Below, piece by piece: positions 38,457 through 47,017 of a stretch of DNA of 64,000 nucleotides. Both the position numbers and the translations under genes were made by a program. The notes under the pieces were generated by a model, which had not been told where the DNA came from, did no database searches, and saw only the letters and a list, made by a program, of their open reading frames with translations. The DNA lies in assembly GCA_041661745.1 (NCBI GenBank), contig JBAZTR010000004.1, positions 12,961 to 76,960 of the forward strand, written 5' to 3'. Position 1 is the stretch's first letter. The number at the start of each line of letters is the position of its first letter. This stretch comes from Patescibacteria group bacterium (GTDB taxonomy: Bacteria; Patescibacteriota; Patescibacteriia; UBA9934; GWF2-40-263).

Positions 38457-39500
38457 TTATTCCCACGGCAAACCTTCTCGCCCAAACTGTCCGTAAACGG
38501 AAACCGCGCGATACCGCGGTTTCTTTAAATCCATTTTTTCGACAATGTCGTCAAGGTTAAAATTATAATTTTGTTTAACGTATTCCAAAAGAGTTCCCCC
38601 TCCCTCACTGGGGGAGGGCTGGGGAGAGGGATTTGAAGATTTGACGTCAATCATTACCGGTTCGGAACGTCCCAGAGTGTAAGTCAAAGAAACAACAGCC
38701 GAATCAGCCTTCCCTTCCTTAACCAATTGCTTGGCAACATATCTGGCCATGTAAGCTCCGGCCCGTTCGGCTCGCTGAGGATCCTTGCCAATAGGCGAAG
38801 AATCGCCGTGCGGTACCAGCCCGCCATAAAAATCCGCGGCCGCGCGTCGACCACTTACCCCAGCCTCGGACTGAAAACCTTGGGTAGAAAATTGCCCAAT
38901 GGGATTTATAAAAATTTGCGCTTGCTCGCCGCCAATAATCGGGGCTACCACACGCTCCAACAAACGGGCTTGAACATCAATCGGAGCAACGTCTGCCGCG
39001 TGACTGGCTAAAAGGGTTACGGCCGAAACTTTTTTCCCTTCCATTACCACTTGTGCTTTACCATCAGCTCCCAGCCAGTGAAACGAAGGGTCGAGTCGGC
39101 GCAAATCATCAAGACGACGAACCAAACCTTGGGCCAGAACCATAGGAAGTGGAAGAAACTCACGCGTCTCGCGGGTGGCGTAACCGTTCACGACAACCGT
39201 GTCGTACGAACCGTGTATTTTTTTTATTTCCTCGGAAGAACTTTCGATATTTACAAAAACTTCAATTTCATCAGAATAACCAATTTCGTGATACATTTGT
39301 TTGGCCAACGAGGCCACGTCAAAATCGGCCGTGGAATTAACTTCCCCGCCAACCATAACCATGCCGTGTGAACCCAAAACTTTAATGTCCAAACGGCTGT
39401 CCGGATCGCGCCGCAAATATTCATCAACAATACCGTCGGCGATTTGATCGCAGATTTTATCAGAATGTCCGGCACAAAGTGCTTCAACGGTTTTCGACAT
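38457..39500 (-). CDS. metK: Divergent S-adenosylmethionine synthetase-like protein
   Basis: GHSDKICDQIAD, GYAT, DGKAQV, INPIG, GKDP..RAGAYMARYVAK; several motifs degenerate. Confidence 0.8.
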   Translation of the reverse strand: MSKTVEALCAGHSDKICDQIADGIVDEYLRRDPDSRLDIKVLGSHGMVMVGGEVNSTADFDVASLAKQMYHEIGYSDEIEVFVNIESSSEEIKKIHGSYDTVVVNGYATRETREFLPLPMVLAQGLVRRLDDLRRLDPSFHWLGADGKAQVVMEGKKVSAVTLLASHAADVAPIDVQARLLERVVAPIIGGEQAQIFINPIGQFSTQGFQSEAGVSGRRAAADFYGGLVPHGDSSPIGKDPQRAERAGAYMARYVAKQLVKEGKADSAVVSLTYTLGRSEPVMIDVKSSNPSPQPSPSEGGGTLLEYVKQNYNFNLDDIVEKMDLKKPRYRAVSVYGQFGREGLPWE

Positions 39501-39608
39501 ATAGCGGCCTTAGGTTAACAACTTTTTCTGGTAAAAGCAACCCTACCTTTAAGGAGTTACTGTTTCCTGTTAAGATAAAATCGAACAATAACTATTAATA
39601 AATTTTAT

Positions 39609-39782
39609 ATGGAATTATCTGAAGTCGCCTCGATCTTAGAAAGTCTAAGAGAAAAGGTCGGGAGTATGGAAACAAAAGTTCGAGATATTGAAAGTTACAT
39701 GGTTAAAAAAGACCACCTTGACGGAAGAATCACTGAAATTAAAGATGAACTTTCCGACATAAAAGCCGCGTGCGCAAAATAA
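39609..39782 (+). CDS. 57-aa coiled-coil protein
   Basis: MELSEVASILESLREKV..; heptad pattern; terminator downstream. Confidence 0.55.
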   Translation: MELSEVASILESLREKVGSMETKVRDIESYMVKKDHLDGRITEIKDELSDIKAACAK

Positions 39783-39829
39783 ATCTGCTTCCCCTCTCCT
39801 TACGAAGGAGAGGGGTGTAGGGGTGAGGT

Positions 39830-41228
39830 AAACAAAAAACCATCCTTTCTTAGGGTGGTTTTTTGTTCCGTATCAACTCAACAGTTCCGCGTGCATCCCT
39901 TTTGACGAGACGCTTAGCGAGAGAGCGATAAACTCCCCGCCAAATTTAATGAACATGATTCTGTCGAGCTGGTATAGCGAATCGTCTGTCTGGAACAGAC
40001 GATTCGAGATTTGTGAGTGCGAACGTCGGGTGTTAATTGAGAAGGAGGAGTGGGCGGCCGCTGGAGGGTGTGCGGCCGCCCTTTTAGTTGATCAGTGTAG
40101 CGCCTTTTTTCACGACCGAAGTCGTGGCCCGGAGAGCTTTTTTACTCCCGAGCAATAACGGCGCACATGGTCACCTCCTCTTTTTCTCTACTAAATCTCC
40201 GAGCAACTCAGAAACTTGGTGGAGTGGGGGAAAACGGAGTGCGTGTCCCCCGAGACTCCTGTCACAACTTCCTTGCGACAGAGTAGGAACAGTTCGCTTA
40301 ACCGGCGTCTCGCGACTCCGGAGGGCCAACTGAAAAGCCCTTTTGTGTTCTGCTATTTCTAGCCCCAGAACTGTTGGGCCGAGGTTGTGTTAGGTCGCGA
40401 GCCTAACGGCGTCACTTGTTTTTCGCAATACTTGATCAACACGCATTCGTACTAGTGTTTGGAATTGCTCGTCAACGGTCCGTGAACGGACTCGTCCGCT
40501 TACCAAATCCCCTATCGAATTACCATGTCTTTCAAGAATCACTACTCGCAAGCCGCGAACTCTGTCCTGCGTCTCCGCAGACCACCTACATTCAGTACTC
40601 CACTGTTGCAGCTTTCGCTGATCAGTCAGTGTTTCCCTTTCGAGTGGCGAGATTCGCGCTACCAACGCCGGCTAGTCCTGATATTTTGGTCGGATGGGCG
40701 ACCAGCTTATTCCCATCCGTTGCCCTACATCGTCTCCACTCAATCTCCTTCACCAACAGTTTCGCTTCGTTGGCGCGCCGGTTCTTGGGAGACACCGGAA
40801 CAGAGTTTCTTTGCCGCACTATCCGCCTTGTGCAGCCAACGCTGGGGGTGGTTTCCGGACCCCAGGCAGGTTTCCTCTCTAGGCCCTAAGGCGACGAGGA
40901 TTTCGCGCAACCTGCAGCGCGCCGTTCATCCCGCCCACACCATGTGAGCGGGACCGGAGGAGAAATTCTTCTGATTAACCAAACTGCGAGTCGAACATCG
41001 CAGTCTCCTTGGTTGGGGGGGGGGGAACGACCCTTCTCTTGAGGACATGAGCCAGTCAGTCCTCCAACTGTGTCCAACCCAATGGGAGGGACAACCACCT
41101 CTTTCGAAGTGGTGCAGCGGGGTGCAGCCGACGTCCGACCGAAGTCGGACAATGAGCACAGGCGGCCTAGCACCCCCACAATCCGCGACTTTGTAGTCGT
41201 GAACTTTGGGGGTGACAGGAAAATTAGG
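39830..41228 (-). ncRNA. Candidate giant structured ncRNA (about 1.4 kb)
   Basis: Promoter TTGACA-N17-TATATT (41263-41235); terminator 39830-39867; minus-strand UUCG/GNRA hairpins; no credible ORF. Confidence 0.75.
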
Positions 41229-41476
41229 AGAGTAAATATACCACATTTTGGCCACTTTGTCAAGATTAAATGGCCGTATTTTGGCTTATTTTAGCTAAGG
41301 AGGCTAGGAGGGTAGGAAGCTAGGAGACTAGGCAGATGCGAGTTAAAGACTAGATTCCTAGCCTCCTAGCATCCTAGCCTCCTAAAAGTCTCCTAAAAGT
41401 TGACAAGAAATAAAAAAACCACTAGTTTTAGTGGCCGCGACTTAAAACCTTAGCCAATTGGCTTTTGGGAGACAAC

Positions 41477-41878
41477 GTGGAAGAGAACCTCTCTACTGAC
41501 AGCTATTTCGGCGATACTTTTGTTAACATCGCCCTCAGGTGTGCAGCTCGCGATGGCCTCGACGCCGGGAATCGTCTCCTCGCCTTCAGATTGATGAAGA
41601 CTGCTGATTCTGGAGACAAGCTGGCTGAAAAGTGCTGCCAGCTCCGCCTCACCTTCCAGATCGTGCCGGCCACAGCCGAATGCAAGGCTCATGTCGAGAC
41701 CTGGGAAGAGGTCGCTCTGAGGATGCTCACGGACAAGCTCCGTCGAGAAGGCCCGGGCGAAGCCCTCGAGTTCATGAGGCAGTTCTCCGAGCTCGGAAAG
41801 ACCGATCCCGCCTTCACCGACGAAATGAGGGAACAGGTCAGCGAATACATCAGGAACACGGTTCCGCGACAGACCTAG
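41477..41878 (+). CDS. GC-rich hypothetical helical protein
   Basis: Promoter TTGACA-N17-TAGTTT at 41400; GGGAG SD + GTG; terminator. Confidence 0.7.
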   Translation: MEENLSTDSYFGDTFVNIALRCAARDGLDAGNRLLAFRLMKTADSGDKLAEKCCQLRLTFQIVPATAECKAHVETWEEVALRMLTDKLRREGPGEALEFMRQFSELGKTDPAFTDEMREQVSEYIRNTVPRQT

Positions 41879-41914
41879 TTCCCTCTCCGCTCCGCCAGCC
41901 AACCGGCTGGTTTT

Positions 41915-42976
41915 TTAATAAATAAACATCGCATCACCAAAAGAATAAAAACGATATTTTTCTTTTATCGCTTCTTCGTACGCTCGCAAAATATTTTCTC
42001 GACCAGCCAAGGCTGAAACCAAAACCAACAACGTTGATTTTGGTAAATGAAAATTAGTAATGAGTCCGTCAATAACATTAAATTTGAAACCCGGGGTGAT
42101 AAAAATATTTACTTCACCTAAAAAACCGTTTTCCGGAAGTTGGTCGTTATTCATTTTAGCTACTCCTTCAAGAGCGCGGGTGGTCGTTGTCCCCACAGCG
42201 ATAATTCTTCGTCCTTCCTTTTTTGCGGCATTAATTTTTTGGGCCACCTCGGCTTTTACTTCCACCAACTCTGAATGCATTTCGTGTTCTTCAAGAGTTT
42301 CAGTTTTCACCGGGCGAAAAGTCCCGAGCCCCACGTGTAATGTCACAAATTCAATCTCAATTCCCTTCTCTTTTATTTTTTGTAATAATTCTTTTGTAAA
42401 GTGAAACCCGGCTGTGGGCGCGGCCACTGATCCGGTTTCGCGAGCATAAACCGTTTGATATGTTTCCAATTTTTCCGGAATCTTTTTTACATAAGGCGGC
42501 ACGGGAATCTCACCATGTTTGTCGGTAAAATCTAAGACCTCGGCGGCCGAAACGGAAAACTGCAATTCGGCCGTGCCATCTTCGGCTTTACTTAAAACTT
42601 TTGCTTTTAATTCACCAAAATAAATTTCATCGCCAATTTTCACTTTTCGCCCCGGTTTCAACAAAGCCTGCCACACCTCTTCCGCCGAACGCAACAAAAA
42701 CACTTCTATTTCGTTTTCCCTTACCCTGCCCCGTAATCGCGCTTTAAAAACCTTGGTGTCGTTCATAACCAGAATGTCACCCGGACGAAGATATTCGATA
42801 ATTTCAAAAAAATGCCGATGTTCAAGGAAAGGCTCCTCAGCCCTTCCCAGCCCTTCAAGACCCTTCCCAGCCCTTTCCAACACCAAAAGCCGCGATGAAT
42901 CGCGCGGTTCGACCGGAGTTTGGGCAATCAGCTCAACTGGCAAATTGTAGTCAAAAAGGGAAATCGGGGTGGTCAT
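41915..42976 (-). CDS. queA: S-adenosylmethionine:tRNA ribosyltransferase-isomerase
   Basis: FDYNLP, AAPTAGFHF, TLHVGLGTF, TNFHLPKS, YSFGDAM. Confidence 0.97.
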   Translation of the reverse strand: MTTPISLFDYNLPVELIAQTPVEPRDSSRLLVLERAGKGLEGLGRAEEPFLEHRHFFEIIEYLRPGDILVMNDTKVFKARLRGRVRENEIEVFLLRSAEEVWQALLKPGRKVKIGDEIYFGELKAKVLSKAEDGTAELQFSVSAAEVLDFTDKHGEIPVPPYVKKIPEKLETYQTVYARETGSVAAPTAGFHFTKELLQKIKEKGIEIEFVTLHVGLGTFRPVKTETLEEHEMHSELVEVKAEVAQKINAAKKEGRRIIAVGTTTTRALEGVAKMNNDQLPENGFLGEVNIFITPGFKFNVIDGLITNFHLPKSTLLVLVSALAGRENILRAYEEAIKEKYRFYSFGDAMFIY

Positions 42977-43041
42977 AATATGGATATAATGCCAGAGGTT
43001 GACAGAAAATCCAACAATTGATATATTTTGCCCGTTACAAT

Positions 43042-43377
43042 ATGAGAAAAGAAATTCATCCGAAATACTTTAAAGACGCCAAAATCACCTGTGCCTGTGG
43101 CGCAGTACACAATATTGGCTCGACTATCGAAGACATTCAAGTTGAACTTTGTTCAAAGTGTCATCCTTTTTATACTGGTGAAAAATCCAAGATGTTAGAC
43201 ACGGCTCGTCGCGTTGAAAAGTTTACGGAACGTGCCTCCAAAAAGACTGAAAAGGTCACTGGTAAAAAGGTTAAAAAGATAAAGCGCGCTGCCCAAAAGG
43301 CGGCCAAGGGTCCAAAGTTTGAGGAAGAAAAAGGTATTGTTATAAAAAAGCTTAAGACCAAGAAAAAATCCGCGTAG
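43042..43377 (+). CDS. rpmE: 50S ribosomal protein L31 (Zn-binding) with Lys-rich tail
   Basis: IHPKY, CACG, CSKCHPFYTG. Confidence 0.96.
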   Translation: MRKEIHPKYFKDAKITCACGAVHNIGSTIEDIQVELCSKCHPFYTGEKSKMLDTARRVEKFTERASKKTEKVTGKKVKKIKRAAQKAAKGPKFEEEKGIVIKKLKTKKKSA

Positions 43378-43432
43378 CTAATAAAAGCGTCTTTGGGTAT
43401 AATTAACCAGGACGCTTTTTGATTACATAAAT

Positions 43433-44518
43433 ATGGATTTACACAAATCGTTGCAAGACAAAAGACAGGAACAAAAAACCCTCGAAAACAAATTAATTGA
43501 TTCGAACACTCTTGGCGATCCTAAAAAATTACGGGAAATCAACGAAGCTTTTGCCGCGATTTCAGAAATTGTCGAACTGGGCGAGGCTTGGGAAAAAATC
43601 GTTACCGAACTTGAGGGGGCAAAAGCAACTTTGTCCGAAGCAAATGATTTGGAACTCCGGGCCATGGCCGAACAAGAAATTACAAAACTCGAGGCAGATT
43701 TACCGAAACTTGAAGAAGCTTTCACTTTGGCTCTGGTACCACCCGATCCGCTCGACAAAAAAAATATTGTCGTGGAAATTCGCGCCGGGGCTGGGGGTGA
43801 CGAATCAGCTTTATTTGCCTCGGAACTTTTTCGCATGTATTCACGCTACGCCGAACGACAGAGTTGGAAAACAAGTATTGTTTCACAATCGCAAAACGAT
43901 CTTGGTGGTTTTAAAGAAATTATCTTTGAAATCGTCGGTAAAAACGTTTTCAGTAAATTGAAATATGAAAGTGGTGTGCATCGCGTCCAGCGTGTGCCGG
44001 AAACAGAAAAGGCCGGTCGCGTTCACACCTCAACTGTAACTGTCGCGGTTCTGCCCGAAGCCGAAGAAGTTGATTTATACATTGATCCAAAAGACTTGCG
44101 AATCGATACCATGACCGCCGGCGGCCATGGCGGACAAAGCGTTAACACTACTTATTCGGCCGTGCGCTTGGTACATATTCCGACTGGTTTAATTGTTCAG
44201 TGTCAGGACGAACGCAGCCAATCGCAAAACAAAGAAAAGGCCATGGCGGTTTTACGCTCAAGATTGTTCGCAATAAAACAAGAGGAAGAAAAGGCTAAAC
44301 GCGAATCCGCCCGTCGCGGCCAAATCGGCACTGGCGGCCGCAGTGAGAAAATTCGCACCTATAACTTCCCTCAAGACCGCGTTACTGATCATCGCATTCG
44401 CCAAAGCTACCACAGCTTACCCGGTATCATGGACGGCGACATTGAAAAGATTATCTCTGACCTAAAAACTGCGGAATTGAATAATGCCTTCGTAGAAAAC
44501 ACCGACGACGAGGAATAA
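43433..44518 (+). CDS. prfA: Peptide chain release factor 1
   Basis: VQRVPETE (PxT), [14 protein letters not shown]. Confidence 0.97.
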   Translation: MDLHKSLQDKRQEQKTLENKLIDSNTLGDPKKLREINEAFAAISEIVELGEAWEKIVTELEGAKATLSEANDLELRAMAEQEITKLEADLPKLEEAFTLALVPPDPLDKKNIVVEIRAGAGGDESALFASELFRMYSRYAERQSWKTSIVSQSQNDLGGFKEIIFEIVGKNVFSKLKYESGVHRVQRVPETEKAGRVHTSTVTVAVLPEAEEVDLYIDPKDLRIDTMTAGGHGGQSVNTTYSAVRLVHIPTGLIVQCQDERSQSQNKEKAMAVLRSRLFAIKQEEEKAKRESARRGQIGTGGRSEKIRTYNFPQDRVTDHRIRQSYHSLPGIMDGDIEKIISDLKTAELNNAFVENTDDEE

Positions 44519-44574
44519 AGGCCCAACAAACTCCCCCTCTTGACAAAGATGGGGTGTTTTATTAATCTTTTCCT

Positions 44575-44805
44575 TGCCCTTGTCGAAAAGCAGCTTCGCT
44601 GTCAAAGACCTTGGGCACATCCCACACGAGCCGTTCTTCTATGGAGGAAGCCGCGAATCCCGTGAAGCGCCTTCGCAGGGCCACGATACGAGCAACGTCG
44701 CGTTAGCGACACCACTCGTCCCTCGTACGGGAAAACCTAACTCATCGGCCCGACCACCGCTTCCTGCGCGCCGTCTCCTCACAGAGACGAGCGCGCCTTT
44801 TTTAT
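44575..44805 (+). ncRNA. Candidate structured ncRNA unit 1 (about 230 nt)
   Basis: TTGACA-N17-TAATCT (44540-44568); hairpins CAGC-TTCG-CTG, GTCGC-GTTA-GCGAC; terminator 44766-44805. Confidence 0.65.
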
Positions 44806-44824
44806 TTATCCACAGTTATCCGCA
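44806..44824 (+). promoter_or_regulatory. Tandem DnaA boxes
   Basis: TTATCCACA and TTATCCGCA just before a -35 element. Confidence 0.6.
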
Positions 44825-44867
44825 TCTAGCCATTGACGCCTTTTAAAGCAAAGAGTATTCTAGACAA

Positions 44868-45483
44868 TACCGTCGCAGAAAGGCACGGAACGAAAAAGCT
44901 CAAGGCTTAAATGCCAACCATGTCGCATCTTCGGATGCGCCCACGGCGAGCCAATCGTCCATGACCTCACACGCGACAGTGTCCCTGTTCGCTTTCGAGC
45001 TCCGTTGGGGCTCACTCAGTGGTGAAATATCGGCCATAAGGTCCTCGGACCGATCTGGCGAACCCTCTACCAAGAGGTGGAAAGCACCGCTAAGCGATCA
45101 GCCTGTCCAAAAACATGATCCGATGCTCGATCGATAAGATCACTTCAAATCGACACATGCCGAAAAGGGCAACGTGAGGGAGACCTTACCAAACCCAAAT
45201 CGTGCATAACGAGCTAAGAAAGATGGGTGGTACATAACCAAAACCACCAAGAAGACAGGAGAGAAAAACGGGGTTGCGCGACGAATGCGATCAAAAACCA
45301 AGAACGAAAAGTTCCGAGATCAAAAACAGATTACTCCCAAAACGACTTCGGTCGTTCTAAGAGAACACCTGGACGAAATCTCGCCACTAATCACTTGGCC
45401 AAGATTGCCTCTTCGCCGCGCACCCCCGTCCTCTGGACCTTCTCTCCGCGACCTCAGGGTACTCCCCGAGGTCGTTATTTTTA
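44868..45483 (+). ncRNA. Candidate large structured ncRNA unit 2 (about 610 nt)
   Basis: TTGACG-N17-TATTCT (44833-44861); many small-loop hairpins; terminator GCGACCTC..GAGGTCGT-TATTTTT. Confidence 0.75.
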
Positions 45484-45527
45484 TAAGTAATCTTGACAGA
45501 AAGTCGCGGCTTGTATAGAATGCGGCC

Positions 45528-46085
45528 GTGAGGAGGCTTAGCTCAGTGGTAGAGCACGAGCTGATAGGAATCAGGGCCCTTGCCTGGTTACTAGCCCGTG
45601 GCCACAGGTTCGATTCCTGTAGCCCCCACTCTTTAAAACACAGCGCCCAACGTCGCCCTGCAACCACCGGGCGGGAAACAAGACGACGTTGTCGAGAATT
45701 GGTTCGGTGGCTCTCACCCTCCCTCCGAAGAGCCACCCAAAGCCAGGGTTCTCGAAAAGAACGACCACGCTGAAGGGCCGCCGGCGAAATCGTTCTTGGC
45801 GCAACCTCTCGCTCGCTTGGGTGAGCGGATAATGGAAGGCTTTTCTTGGAGAAGCGCTGTCTCAGTACAGTGTCACACCGACACCCGCTTCTCTGTCTTC
45901 CTGTCTGTTCACCCGAGCGGTGCTTATTGCGCTGTCAGCAATGTTCAGCGCAGCCCGTGTGGCCGCCCGAAATAGGAAAACGGGTGTTGGGACACTCCCG
46001 TCCCCAAGTTCCAACACTCTCCCCCCGCCTGCTTCGGGCGACCCGCTTCCCGCACCTCACCTCTCGTGGCGTGCGGTTTTTATTT
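45528..46085 (+). ncRNA. Candidate large structured ncRNA unit 3 (about 550 nt) starting with a tRNA mimic
   Basis: TTGACA-N17-TAGAAT (45493-45521); long nested stems; terminator CCGCAC..GTGCGG-TTTTT. Confidence 0.75.
45532..45628 (+). tRNA. tRNA-like element with a 32-nt hairpin-containing segment in place of the anticodon loop
   Basis: GGAGGCT/AGCCCCC acceptor, TAGCTCAGTGGTAGAGC D arm, ACAGG-TTCGATT-CCTGT T arm; no encoded CCA. Confidence 0.7.
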
Positions 46086-46105
46086 ATGATAATGTTAGGC
46101 AAGAT

Positions 46106-47017
46106 ATGACAGTAGTCGAGGTCTTAAAATGGGCCAGCGAAAAATTAAAGAACGAAGTTAAAGACGCGTCTGATTCATCCATGCTCGACGCGCAGGTTTT
46201 GTTGGCCGCGGTTTTAGATGTCCCCACCTCGTGGCTGTTCACTCATTTTGATAAAACTTTGGAAGAAAAAGATTTGGATATTTTTAGGCAAATGATTAAG
46301 CGGCGGTTGGCTAACGAACCGATTGCTTACATTACCGGCGAAAAAGAATTTTATAAAAGAAATTTCTTTGTTAATTCTTCTACGCTGATTCCCCGCCCGG
46401 CCACAGAGACTTTGGTGGAAGCGGCAATAAAAATTGCTCACGAAGAAACCGGCCAAGTTTTGTTTGCCGATATTGGCACGGGCAGCGGAGCGATTGCCAT
46501 TACCTTGGCCGCGGAAACCGGTTTACCGGTCATTGCTTCAGACATAAGTTCACCAGCCCTGTTGGTGGCGCAAAAAAACGCCGAAGCTAACAAGGTGGCT
46601 GAACTGGTTGATTTACGCCAAGGCGACTTATTGGAACCGCTTGTAAAAATCTTCCAAGCCGTCAAAAAAACTAATCCTGAACCGATTTGCGAACATTTAA
46701 TTGTTTGTGCCAATCTTCCCTATCTTACAGCCAAACAGTGGGCTAACACGGCGCTTGATGTGCGCGAATACGAACCAAAATCAGCCCTAGAGGCCGGGGT
46801 TGATGGACTTGATTTGTATTGGCGTTTAATTCGTGAAATAAAACAGCGCCGCGACCTCTTCCCTGTTCGACTCACTCTTTTATTAGAAATTGATCCTGAT
46901 CAAAAACAAAAAATCGCGTCTTTAATTAAACGCGATTTTCCGCTTTCTAATATTATTGTTTTACGCGATTTGGATGATTTTGATCGAATAGCCGTAGCCA
47001 ACCTTAATGCCCTTTAG
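46106..47017 (+). CDS. prmC: Release factor glutamine methyltransferase
   Basis: EPIAYITG, LIPRPATE, DIGTGSGAIA, ANLPY; start 46106. Confidence 0.93.
   Translation: MTVVEVLKWASEKLKNEVKDASDSSMLDAQVLLAAVLDVPTSWLFTHFDKTLEEKDLDIFRQMIKRRLANEPIAYITGEKEFYKRNFFVNSSTLIPRPATETLVEAAIKIAHEETGQVLFADIGTGSGAIAITLAAETGLPVIASDISSPALLVAQKNAEANKVAELVDLRQGDLLEPLVKIFQAVKKTNPEPICEHLIVCANLPYLTAKQWANTALDVREYEPKSALEAGVDGLDLYWRLIREIKQRRDLFPVRLTLLLEIDPDQKQKIASLIKRDFPLSNIIVLRDLDDFDRIAVANLNAL

Noticed and set aside
39830-41228. rRNA, RNase P, tmRNA or group I/II intron identity
   Set aside because: No universal 16S/23S motifs, no GAGGAAAGTCC P4, no tmRNA acceptor ends and no domain V or P7 signature seen; it has its own promoter and terminator. 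A divergent member cannot be excluded without Infernal
39949-41294. Short ORFs in all frames within the 1.4-kb region
   Set aside because: Mutually overlapping, no SD, no codon bias and no recognisable motifs
44806-44824. Replication origin
   Set aside because: Only two DnaA boxes, no unwinding element and no dnaA nearby
45532-45628. Functional tRNA-Ile(GAT)
   Set aside because: CTGATA is one base out of register, the loop is 32 nt, and two stems have mismatches
45920-46105. N-terminal extension of PrmC
   Set aside because: Runs through the unit 3 RNA and its terminator; PrmC similarity starts at ATG 46106
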